A DNA stretch of 64,000 bases from Candidatus Pacearchaeota archaeon (lineage in GTDB: Archaea > Nanobdellota > Nanobdellia > Pacearchaeales > GW2011-AR1), in the NCBI GenBank assembly GCA_018304165.1, contig JAGVWS010000033.1, positions 60 through 64,059 of the forward strand, in the 5' to 3' direction. Of this stretch, positions 19,379 to 28,184 are shown one piece after another. Within the stretch, counting starts at the first letter, position 1, and each line of letters opens with the position of its first letter. Below the pieces are notes generated by a model. It had not been told where the DNA came from. It did not search any database and saw only the letters and a program-made list of their open reading frames with translations. Position numbers and translations under genes: made by a program.

Positions 19379-19497
19379 GTGTTGGAATGACTCCAACACA
19401 TGGCTGTTTAAACACCATTTTTGTGTGATTTTGACTCTTAAACAGCTGTTTAAACACCTATAAACACCTATAAACACCTATAAACACCCCTAAACAG
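19379..19497. promoter_or_regulatory. Non-coding array of the same motifs upstream of paralog B
   Basis: TGTTGG..CCAACA inverted pair (19379-19397), CTGTTTAAACACC, AAACAGCTGTTTAAACACC (19440), TAAACACCTA x3-4. Confidence 0.55.
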
Positions 19498-19750
19498 CAT
19501 TTAATAGCTGTGATGTTATCCTTAAAATTCCCATAAACATCTTTTCTTCACAATATCCTCACTATCTTTATCTTAATTTGTCTTAATTTTGCCTGAAATT
19601 TTTTAAAAGTAGATTAAAAGCAGACTTGTCGTCGGCAAATTTTTATTCCCACCAAAGATTATTTAAACACCTCAACGTTCTTAAAAATACCCTGTTCTGA
19701 GATAGTTTTAAATACTCATTATTATTTATTCTATTTAGGGGGTGTTTAAA

Positions 19751-19909
19751 ATGGCTAAGTTAACTGCCTGGTTGATGACTCTCATAGGAGTTTTATGGGT
19801 TCTTCCATTACTCGGGCTCGATATTGGAGCGGTTATCAGCAACTGGCTAATAGCTCTTTCATTCCTAGTAATAGGTGTGAGCAAGCTAATGAGGAATTAC
19901 AAGAAGTAA
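19751..19909 (+). CDS. Small two-TM membrane protein, 52 aa (not in ORF track)
   Basis: GGGGGTG RBS; MAKLTAWLMTLIGVLWVLPLLGLDIGAVISNWLIALSFLVIGVSKLMRNYKK. Confidence 0.7.
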   Translation: MAKLTAWLMTLIGVLWVLPLLGLDIGAVISNWLIALSFLVIGVSKLMRNYKK

Positions 19910-20043
19910 TCCTCTTGCGAAAGTTGTTTTTTGTTTTTGATTAAAACTTTTGACGCAGAAAAAGATGTGTAGGAAAAGATACGTAGAAAGGGCTTGAGCT
20001 TCATATGATGCAATGATAGCTTTTACAACAGCAAAACAACTAT

Positions 20044-20141
20044 ATTAATTGAGATACATTAATTGAGATACATTAATTGAGATACATTAATTGAGATACA
20101 TTAATTGAGATACATTAATTGAGATACATTAATTGAGATAC
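20044..20141. repeat. Tandem repeat 7 x 14 bp
   Basis: ATTAATTGAGATAC x7, perfect. Confidence 0.95.
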
Positions 20142-20173
20142 AAGTAGAGGAAGTAATTGAGAGGAAATAAATA

Positions 20174-20314
20174 ATGGTAACAATAAATCTCGCAATCTCG
20201 GGCATCCTAGCCATTCTTGTCGGGCTTTTAATCCTGATTGTTCCGCGTTTGCTGAGGTGGGCCATAGGGTTATATCTGATAATCGTAGGAATTCTAAGCT
20301 TCATACCTATGTAA
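20174..20314 (+). CDS. Small membrane protein, 46 aa, DUF3096-like (not in ORF track)
   Basis: GAGG RBS; ILAILVGLLILIVPRLLRWAIGLYLIIVGIL. Confidence 0.75.
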   Translation: MVTINLAISGILAILVGLLILIVPRLLRWAIGLYLIIVGILSFIPM

Positions 20315-20477
20315 GAATCAAATCGGGTTGAATCTTTTAGTTTTTGCTTAAAACTTTCTGCATGAATAAACTCTGTAAAAAGCCGGCCAAAAACGACTAA
20401 AAATCGCCAAAAAGATGAGCTTTTTGATAACATTGTAGTATAGAAATAGTTAAAAAGTATTCCAATCTATCTAATCA

Positions 20478-20768
20478 ATGGCCTACAAACCTTTCAATAT
20501 ACCTCGGCCAAACAAAGATACCTTAAAAATTGGCGACTATGTTATTGGGTTAAAAGACTCTACTAATTCTGATATTGTCAAGATTGAGAGTGTAGAAAGA
20601 GATAAATTTAGTTACGTTGATTTAGAAGGCAACAGGCACTTTATAAATTATGTACGCGCTGGAGCCAGGCACAGTCCTCCAGTAATCTTTATGAGGATTC
20701 ATGGAACTGGCTTAGAGGTTGTTGCAGCCTCATTATGGCTCAATGAGGAACTTGAAAAACTACTTTAA
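20478..20768 (+). CDS. Hypothetical protein (possible SH3-like beta barrel)
   Basis: 96-aa ORF, LKIGDYVI motif. Confidence 0.55.
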   Translation: MAYKPFNIPRPNKDTLKIGDYVIGLKDSTNSDIVKIESVERDKFSYVDLEGNRHFINYVRAGARHSPPVIFMRIHGTGLEVVAASLWLNEELEKLL

Positions 20769-21142
20769 ATCTTTCTATCAACGCTTAAAACTTCCTACAT
20801 AAATCACAAAGAGGCAAAGAGGGCTAATAAACAACTTAATAAACAACCCAATAAACCTTGAAAAACCCTCTAAAGTTTGCACAAGGTTTATTGTGCATAC
20901 ATTAGTTTTTGATGGTTTTTGATGATATCGTCCCTTACATTATCTTACGGAGCTCTACTTTCCTCTATTAATCACTTAATAGCGGCTCGCTAAACAAATT
21001 ATAATCTCTTTAAAATACTATAACCTTGCAATGATTGTGTCCACTTACAACCTTCAGGTTATATACCATTATATTATGAGTGTTTAGATTAGATAATTCC
21101 TGATGCCTAAATTCTTTTATATCCTCTTTGCTGTCACTACTC

Positions 21143-22000
21143 ATGCCTTTAGAGATTATTCTGCCAAGTTTCTATGAAAGCTCAAGGAATTCTAAAGATA
21201 TTATAATCTCAATTCTTACCAGGAACCACCCATTAAGTATAAAGAAAGTTTACAACAAAATGAGGTCCGGCCACAAATATGGAGGTACGTTTCAGTCAGT
21301 TTTCAAGAGCATTAAAGAGCTTCAGTTACAGAATATCCTAATGCGGGCAGGAAAAGAGTATTCCCTCAATCCAAACTGGATTGAAAAAATAAGAAGCTTT
21401 GCTAATGAACTGCATAGAGGTTACTTTGAGCCGATAAACAAAGAGGAAGCAGATATCAGCGAGATGTCTCTTAAGAAGGAAGTCCACAAATTTGAATTCA
21501 ACAACCTCTCTAATCTATATTTTTTTGTTAAGAATATAGAGAAGAGTTACATAGACAATTCGCAGGGAAAAAAGAGATGTCTGTGGATAATGTCTCATTA
21601 TTGGCCTACTTTTCTATTTCCTCATGAAGAGCATGACAGGGGCATATTCCTCAGCTCAAAGAAAGTCAATTATTATATCACTCACAAGTCCGAAAATGCA
21701 TTGGACAAATGGGCGCTGAAGATTTTTTCCGGAAAGGGAGTTAATATTCTCTGTAAAGCAGGCATTTCAGAGCGTTCTGATGTAGGTGTATATGGAGATT
21801 GGGTGGTTGAAGTTTACTATTCGGAATCTTTTAAGAATATTCATAAATATTTCAGGGAAGTTTCAAATATTTCAGAGATAGATTTAAGCAGTTTTATCGG
21901 AGATCTAAAAAAAGATTACAAGATTGTAGTAGTCATGCACAAAGATAAATTTGTAGCAGATCAAATCTGGGATTCCATATATAAAAAAATATTAGCTTAA
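21143..22000 (+). CDS. Putative transcription regulator: N-terminal wHTH plus TrmB-like C-terminal domain
   Basis: IIISILTRNHPLSIKKVYNKM...TFQSVFKSIKELQLQNIL...YSLNPNW. Confidence 0.6.
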   Translation: MPLEIILPSFYESSRNSKDIIISILTRNHPLSIKKVYNKMRSGHKYGGTFQSVFKSIKELQLQNILMRAGKEYSLNPNWIEKIRSFANELHRGYFEPINKEEADISEMSLKKEVHKFEFNNLSNLYFFVKNIEKSYIDNSQGKKRCLWIMSHYWPTFLFPHEEHDRGIFLSSKKVNYYITHKSENALDKWALKIFSGKGVNILCKAGISERSDVGVYGDWVVEVYYSESFKNIHKYFREVSNISEIDLSSFIGDLKKDYKIVVVMHKDKFVADQIWDSIYKKILA

Positions 22001-22072
22001 AACATAAATGGTATTCCATATATAAAAAAATATTAGCTTAAAACATAAATGGTATTCCATATATAAAAAAAA
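21972..22072. repeat. Tandem duplication of gene 3' end, 41-bp period, about 2.4 copies
   Basis: ATTCCATATATAAAAAAA at 21972, 22013, 22054. Confidence 0.9.
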
Positions 22073-22232
22073 ATTTATCATGGTAATTCAACTTTTTAGT
22101 TTACTGAATTAAACATTATAGTTTAATGAGTTAAATAAATCTCTTTAATTTCCATTAAACCTCATCTTTATTACTTATTTTGTCCACTTAGACTCAGCAA
22201 AAAACGGATGTTTATTAAAAGGGTGATGATTT

Positions 22233-24101
22233 ATGGGGATAAATTTTTTCAAAAAACCATGGTTTATAATCTTGGCTGTAGTTGTTTTGGTAATTCTCTT
22301 CTTAGTCATTGCATATGCAAGCGGCTCTAAAGTGGTTAATGAGCCTGAGATTCAATGGGTATCTCATACAGAGTACTGGAGCGGAGGCGATGCTTCTACT
22401 ATAGTGAGGCTGGTAGATTATAAGGGAAGGCCGATTGAGGGTGCTGCATGTACAGCAAGCATATTCAGGCCCGATGGAAGTATTTTTGTAAGCGGGCAGC
22501 CCATGCAGGCTTCTGCAATTGCGGGCAATTTTGAGAGAAAGGACTCGCTGGGAGGGCAGCCCGTCGGAACATACCAGCAGGAAGTAACATGTGTCTATGG
22601 AGGAAATACTATCAGGACTTCGGAGTCGTTCCATGTAAATCCCGCTCTTGAGAATATCAGAGAAGCAACGACTAATTTGTCTTTGTTAAGAAATGAGTTG
22701 AGCAACGTTAATATTTCAGTAAGCGCTCTTGTAACTTCCACAGGAGAGAGCATCAATCTCAAAATAGATTCAACGAGAACAAACCTCACTGAATTGATGA
22801 GGGCTGTTGAAAGCAGCATAATCAGCGATATAGGCAGCACTAAAGCCAATCTAACAACGCAGTTGAGCAGTATTAATGTCTCTTTAAGCGGAAACATTGC
22901 AGATACCCGTGCAGCTGTAACAACACAGCTCTCAAATGTTAATGCAAGCATAACTAACTTAATTACCAATACACTTCAGCCGGCGCTGGAAGCAAAGATA
23001 GAAGAGCAGATAGCAATTCTTACCACTCTTCTTAATAATGTTAATGCCTCAATAACTGCTACTGTAACTTCCACAGGAGAGAGCATCAATTTAAACATTG
23101 ACATGACAAGAACCACTCTCTCTGGCCTTCTTGACACTGCAGAATCCAATGTAATGAGCAACATTGACACGACGCGGGCGTCTTTAAGCACTCAATTAAG
23201 CAATGTCAACATCTCCTTGACAAGCAATCTGGCAAATACAGAAAACAGAATTTCCACACAGCTTTCAAATGTTAATGGGAGCATAAGTACTTTAATTACC
23301 AATACACTTCAGCCGGCTCTTGAAGCAAAGATAGAAGAGCAGATTGCATTGTTAATGGCTCAGATGAGCAACATTAATGCTTCCTTGACAGCAGTTGTGA
23401 CTTCTACAGGAGAGAATATTAATTTGAACGTTGACACGACAAGAACAAGCCTGACAAACACTCTGAACAGCGTCGAGACAAATGTTCTTAACAGCATTAC
23501 AAGCACACAGGCAAATCTTGGAACTCAGCTAAGCAATATTAATGTATCTTTGACAAACAATCTTGCCAGCACTCAAAACGTTCTTTCAACACAGCTCTCT
23601 GTGGTAAATACAAATATAAGCAGCTTAATTACAGACACTCTCAGGCCGGGGCTCGAGTCTTTAATGAACCAGCATTACAACAACTTAAGCACAGCGATAA
23701 CAAATGTTTATACAGATACACAATGGCTTGTTTCCAATTCTATGAATCAGCAGGATATGGCGGAGATATCAGGCAGGTTTGACAGCATTGACTCCAACCT
23801 TGCGGTGATAGAGGCATTTTGCGGAAATCCGGAAACCACAAACTCTGCTCTTTGTAATGAACTGGACACAATAAACGCCGCCATAGACACTCTTCAGTCT
23901 GAGCAAAACACAAGGCTTAGTGAGATAAATGCCACAGTCTCAAACACGTGGGAATTGCTGAGCGGAACAATCACAGACAACATAAACACCATCCTGGTAG
24001 ATTTGAACATTATAAAGTCAAGGACAGGAGAAATTAATACAACTGTTTACTCAATAAAAGAAACTGTAGAGAGCGCAGTAGATATAAGAGTGATATCTTA
24101 A
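22233..24101 (+). CDS. Membrane-anchored surface protein: Ig-like domain plus long S/T/N-rich coiled-coil stalk (3 x 111-aa repeats)
   Basis: N-terminal TM; VTSTGE(S/N)INL recurs at a 333-bp period (22731, 23064, 23397); many NxS/T sequons. Confidence 0.8.
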   Translation: MGINFFKKPWFIILAVVVLVILFLVIAYASGSKVVNEPEIQWVSHTEYWSGGDASTIVRLVDYKGRPIEGAACTASIFRPDGSIFVSGQPMQASAIAGNFERKDSLGGQPVGTYQQEVTCVYGGNTIRTSESFHVNPALENIREATTNLSLLRNELSNVNISVSALVTSTGESINLKIDSTRTNLTELMRAVESSIISDIGSTKANLTTQLSSINVSLSGNIADTRAAVTTQLSNVNASITNLITNTLQPALEAKIEEQIAILTTLLNNVNASITATVTSTGESINLNIDMTRTTLSGLLDTAESNVMSNIDTTRASLSTQLSNVNISLTSNLANTENRISTQLSNVNGSISTLITNTLQPALEAKIEEQIALLMAQMSNINASLTAVVTSTGENINLNVDTTRTSLTNTLNSVETNVLNSITSTQANLGTQLSNINVSLTNNLASTQNVLSTQLSVVNTNISSLITDTLRPGLESLMNQHYNNLSTAITNVYTDTQWLVSNSMNQQDMAEISGRFDSIDSNLAVIEAFCGNPETTNSALCNELDTINAAIDTLQSEQNTRLSEINATVSNTWELLSGTITDNINTILVDLNIIKSRTGEINTTVYSIKETVESAVDIRVIS

Positions 24102-24150
24102 TCCTAAAAATCAATTATATTTATCCTGATCCTTACAAAATGTGCATGGG

Positions 24151-24891
24151 ATGGAATATTACGACAGAAAAAATGAAAGAGTAAAAAATATCTTAAAATA
24201 CTTAGTCATTGCTATAATTCTTGCTGGTTTTATTTTTTCTATGTATTATTTTTCTGACAGGATCTTGTTTAGTCCCAATGAGCCAACACTCAAAATGGTT
24301 TCCGGAACAGAGTATATAAGCTCTGAAGAAGGCCAGATAATCGTAAGGCTTGCGGATTACCAGGGAAATTCTATTGAAGGAGCAGATTGCGTAGCCTCAG
24401 TTTTATACCCCGATAAATCTTATTTCTTTATAGACAGAATAATGTATTCAACTACAGTTCCTGGCAATTATTATACAAGCTTCACAACTCCATCGACATC
24501 AGGAGTATATGAAGAGCATATAAGCTGCATTATAAGGGATGGAGACTCATTCAGGACAATAAAAGTATCATCATCTTTTCATGTTTCAGAAGGGCTGAAT
24601 ACTGTTTTGGAGATATCACGATCCCAAAGAGAGCAGTACACAGATATAGTCGGCAGGATAAATACAATAAATTTAAGTTACAATGAATTAAATGAAAGAA
24701 TTGACGGACTTAATGATTCCATACAAAACCAATTTTATCTCTTCTATGAAAGCTTCGGGGCTGCAACTCAAGCCATGGCAGACGTTTTAAGAGCAGCAGG
24801 AGGCAACAGGACTTTTTACTTGCCCCCCCAGCAAAACGGCTCGGGAGAATCAAACAACTCTCAAAATAATGCTTCTAACAGCTCTGGCTGA
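24151..24891 (+). CDS. Shorter paralog of the preceding surface protein (TM + Ig-like + short coiled coil)
   Basis: NEPTLKMVSGTEY..IVRLADYQGNSIEGADC..YPD aligns with NEPEIQWVSHTEY..IVRLVDYKGRPIEGAAC..RPD; both have SFHV. Confidence 0.8.
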   Translation: MEYYDRKNERVKNILKYLVIAIILAGFIFSMYYFSDRILFSPNEPTLKMVSGTEYISSEEGQIIVRLADYQGNSIEGADCVASVLYPDKSYFFIDRIMYSTTVPGNYYTSFTTPSTSGVYEEHISCIIRDGDSFRTIKVSSSFHVSEGLNTVLEISRSQREQYTDIVGRINTINLSYNELNERIDGLNDSIQNQFYLFYESFGAATQAMADVLRAAGGNRTFYLPPQQNGSGESNNSQNNASNSSG

Positions 24892-25069
24892 TAATATTCT
24901 GGGACGTTATAATAATTATTCGCGTCGATAAGTTACTTTGAAACCAGAAGTGATTAACTGATAACATATAAAACAATAATTAGCGTCGATAAGTTACTTT
25001 GAAACCAAGGAATCAAGGATAATTAACTAATATTAATTGATAAACTGCAAAACATAAAACGCTGCTCTA

Positions 25070-25165
25070 ATCTGAATGTATGATTCAACACTATTGATAA
25101 ATCTCTAATAAGCTAATATCTGAATGTATGATTCAACACTATTGATAAATCTCTAATAAACTAAT
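25070..25165. repeat. Tandem repeat 2 x 48 bp
   Basis: ATCTGAATGTATGATTCAACACTATTGATAAATCTCTAATAA at 25070 and 25118. Confidence 0.9.
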
Positions 25166-25420
25166 TTATTATTATAAGAACTATTGCGATAGATATATTA
25201 AAAATTAGTGCGGAATTTACCTAATCACCTATAGTGAAAGACATAATTCTTTCCCTAAATAGCCAATGACAAATCAGGGAAATATTAAAGTCCTTGGCTA
25301 TAATGTTAATATTAATCAGATATTAAGTATAAGCAAGCAAAGTATAGCATCTATCCTCGTCAATAACATAGCAGCCTTATCGTATCAAAAACTCGTCTTA
25401 GTCATCAAAAATGTTAATCA

Positions 25421-25631
25421 TCAAGGATGTTAATCCTTGACTGCGCTCAAGAATTGTAAATTCTTGACGTTTTGAATGTGCTCAAGAACTAATGTTCTTG
25501 ACATTTTGAGCATACTTATAACGAGAGACCAAAATATTTCACCATGTTTTTTGTTCTCTCGAATACAGCAACAGACAAAATGGTCAAATATCTAAGTCTG
25601 TTGCCGTAAGATGCAAGCTCCAGCATCTTGA
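25421..25631. repeat. Cluster of six hairpins (REP/BIME-like mosaic)
   Basis: TCAAG..CTTGA stems at 25421, 25447, 25482; modules shared with 1783-1930 (two inverted, one direct). Confidence 0.8.
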
Positions 25632-25928
25632 TTATGCTGGCGTCTTCACTACAATGTCTTCCCTGCTTTTTCTGGTCGTTTCATCAACCCATGTTGGAGG
25701 CCCGCCCCTCATTCTTTGGAAAACAGCTTCATACACAGGGCAATTTCCTTTAAGTATTGTGCATAATACTTTTCCTTCATTTTCTCCGGAACAATCTCCG
25801 ATGCCATCATCGCAATTAAAATTATAAGGGGTAATCATATCACCCCTTTTGGCATCAGCAATACTAGCTACTTTATGGAACCTTTCACACTTAACAGTAT
25901 ATATCACAGCCATATTACATAGAAGCAA
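25632..25928 (-). CDS. Hypothetical Cys-rich protein
   Basis: 98-aa ORF with several Cys; start may be MAVIY. Confidence 0.5.
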   Translation of the reverse strand: MLLCNMAVIYTVKCERFHKVASIADAKRGDMITPYNFNCDDGIGDCSGENEGKVLCTILKGNCPVYEAVFQRMRGGPPTWVDETTRKSREDIVVKTPA

Positions 25929-25959
25929 GTATGGTATTTAATCATTTATGTCCTGAAAA

Positions 25960-27744
25960 CTACAGCGCCAGAGATTTTTCTTCTACCATCTTTTTTATTC
26001 TTTCAGCGATTTTCTCAATCTTCATCTCTCCGATAATTTCTCCGCCTCTCAATCTTACATTAGCTGTTCCTGCTTTTTCTTCCTTCTCTCCAACAATAAG
26101 CATATAAGGAATCTTCTTGAGTTGGGCATTTCTTATTTTTTTCTGCAGAGTTTCGTTGCTTAAATCAATCTTAACTCTCAGTCCGGGAATTAATTTTTTT
26201 AATTTATTGGTTGTTTTTTCTGCTGATTTTGTGAATTTCTCGCTTATTGGCAGTATTATTGCCTGATTCGGCGAAAGCCATACTGGAAACGCTCCGGCAA
26301 AGTGCTCAAGCATAATCATCATAAACCTCTCCGGAGACCCTATAATTGCACGATGTATCATCACTGGGCGCTTTATCGTTCCGTCCCTGGCAGCATATTC
26401 CAGTCCAAAACGCTCCGGCATCACAAAATCTATTTGTATTGTAGACAACTGCCATTCTCTTCCCAGTGCGTCTGTTGCTATAAGGTCCATCTTTGGAGCA
26501 TAGAATGCTGCCTCTCCAGGACCATCAAAATATTCTATTTTATTCCTCTTCATTATTTTGACTGCCCATGCTTCCACTCTATCCCATATTTCTGGATTAC
26601 CTAAATATTTTTCAGGATGCTTTTGATCGCGCGTTGACAAACGATACTTATATTTCAGCCCAAAAGTATTTATTATTTCTTTAGTCATTGTTAAGGCTTT
26701 GTCAATTTCTTCATCCACCTGTTCTTCTGTACAGAAGATGTGGCAGTCATCCTGAGAGAATGCCCTTACCCTGGATAATCCGCTTAGCTCTCCCGGCTTT
26801 TCATCTCTGTAGAGCATGGAGAAATCTGAAAATCTCAATGGCAAATCACGGTAACTATGGGGTTCAGCAGAATATATCTGGGTATGCTGAGGACAGTTCA
26901 TGGGCTTGAGGAAGAACTCTTCATTAGAATAACTGCTTGATACTTTAAACATAGCGTCTTTATACTTGTCATAATGTCCTGATATTTTAAACAGTTTCGC
27001 CTTTGTCATCTGTGGAGTCCAGACCTGCGTATAATCCTGCGCAGACTGGACAGATTCTACATAATTATTAACTGCAATCCTGACGAAAGCACCGTCGGGA
27101 GTATATAACGGCAAGCCGCTTCCTACCAATTCTGAAAATGTAAACAATCCCAGCTCCTTTCCTAATTTTCTATGGTCCCTCTTTTCTGCTTCTTCAATCC
27201 TCTTCAGATGCTCATCAAGCTCTTTCTGCGTCGGAAAGCAAGTTCCGTAAATACGCGTAAGCATTTTGTTCTTCTCACTTCCCCTCCAGTATGCTCCTGC
27301 TATTTTTAATAGTTTGAATGCTGTTATATCTTTCGAAGGATTATCAACATGCCCGCCCCTGCATAAATCAGTGTAATTGCCGCTCTTGTAAAGAGTTAGT
27401 TTTTGCCCGTCCTTTGAGAATTCATCAATGAGTTCTAATTTATATTCGTTATTCTTGAATTCTTTCTTGGCTTCCGATGCAGTTACTTCCTTTCTCTGAA
27501 AACTTTTCCACGTCTTCAATATCTCCGCCATTCTGCCTTCAATCCCCGGCAGATCGCCGTCTTTTAATTCAACTTCTCCGAAATCAAAATCATAGTAAAA
27601 TCCGTTTTCTATTGGAGGCCCTATAGTTCTCTTCGCTTTTGGAAACAGCCCGATCACTGCTGCGGCAAGAAGATGAGCGCAGCTGTGTCTCAATCTGTCG
27701 AGATATTCATTTGAATATTCCTTGCTCTTTTTCCTGTCTGGCAT
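25960..27744 (-). CDS. thrS: Threonyl-tRNA synthetase, bacterial-type editing domain
   Basis: RHSCAHLLA, GPPIENGFYYDF, DLCRGGHV, RDHRKLGKEL, LKPMNCP, MIHRAIIGSPER; start MPDRKK. Confidence 0.97.
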   Translation of the reverse strand: MPDRKKSKEYSNEYLDRLRHSCAHLLAAAVIGLFPKAKRTIGPPIENGFYYDFDFGEVELKDGDLPGIEGRMAEILKTWKSFQRKEVTASEAKKEFKNNEYKLELIDEFSKDGQKLTLYKSGNYTDLCRGGHVDNPSKDITAFKLLKIAGAYWRGSEKNKMLTRIYGTCFPTQKELDEHLKRIEEAEKRDHRKLGKELGLFTFSELVGSGLPLYTPDGAFVRIAVNNYVESVQSAQDYTQVWTPQMTKAKLFKISGHYDKYKDAMFKVSSSYSNEEFFLKPMNCPQHTQIYSAEPHSYRDLPLRFSDFSMLYRDEKPGELSGLSRVRAFSQDDCHIFCTEEQVDEEIDKALTMTKEIINTFGLKYKYRLSTRDQKHPEKYLGNPEIWDRVEAWAVKIMKRNKIEYFDGPGEAAFYAPKMDLIATDALGREWQLSTIQIDFVMPERFGLEYAARDGTIKRPVMIHRAIIGSPERFMMIMLEHFAGAFPVWLSPNQAIILPISEKFTKSAEKTTNKLKKLIPGLRVKIDLSNETLQKKIRNAQLKKIPYMLIVGEKEEKAGTANVRLRGGEIIGEMKIEKIAERIKKMVEEKSLAL

Positions 27745-27788
27745 CTCATTATATCTTATAAAGAGCATTTAAAACTTTCCTTAAGATA

Positions 27789-28053
27789 AGTATCTCCGAT
27801 GGATTGCTATTACATATTAGAAATAAGAGATATAGAATCTATTAATTAATTTTGAAACACCAGCCATCTAGTTCTTAACGATGATAAATACTGGCAAGCC
27901 ATCTAGTTCTTAACGATGATAAATACTGGCAAGCCATCTAGTTCTTAACGATGATAAATACTGGCAAGCCATCATCCAAGTTATCCTAATCTGATTTACA
28001 ATATTAATTGAGCCCTGAATCTATTACTAAGCTATATTTGTATTGGAGATACT
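27789..28053. mobile_element. MITE-like element with candidate 7-bp TSD and internal 3 x 35-bp tandem repeat
   Basis: AGTATCTCCGAT / ATTGGAGATACT ends; TAAGATA on both flanks (27782-27788, 28054-28060); AGCCATCTAGTTCTTAACGATGATAAATACTGGCA x3 at 27862-27966. Confidence 0.7.
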
Positions 28054-28060
28054 TAAGATA

Positions 28061-28134
28061 TGGACCTATCGGGAATCGGACCCGAATCTCGTCGTTGCGA
28101 ACGGCGCGTAATTAAGCCATTATACTATAGGCCC
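28061..28134 (-). tRNA. tRNA-Ala(CGC)
   Basis: Cloverleaf GGGCCTA/TAGGTCC with G3:U70 Ala determinant, anticodon loop TT-CGC-AA; atypical C55 and C29:A41. Confidence 0.85.
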
Positions 28135-28184
28135 TCTTCTGCTTTTACCAGCTATAAGCTTTGCGCTCTGTGAACTACCCTTAC

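Noticed and set aside
20101-20433. 110-aa minus-strand ORF
   Set aside because: Shadow of the DUF3096-like gene and the 14-bp array
27862-27973. 3 x 35-bp repeat of CRISPR-like length
   Set aside because: Units are contiguous with no spacers and no cas genes; the same applies to the 2699, 13289, 20044 and 43584 arrays
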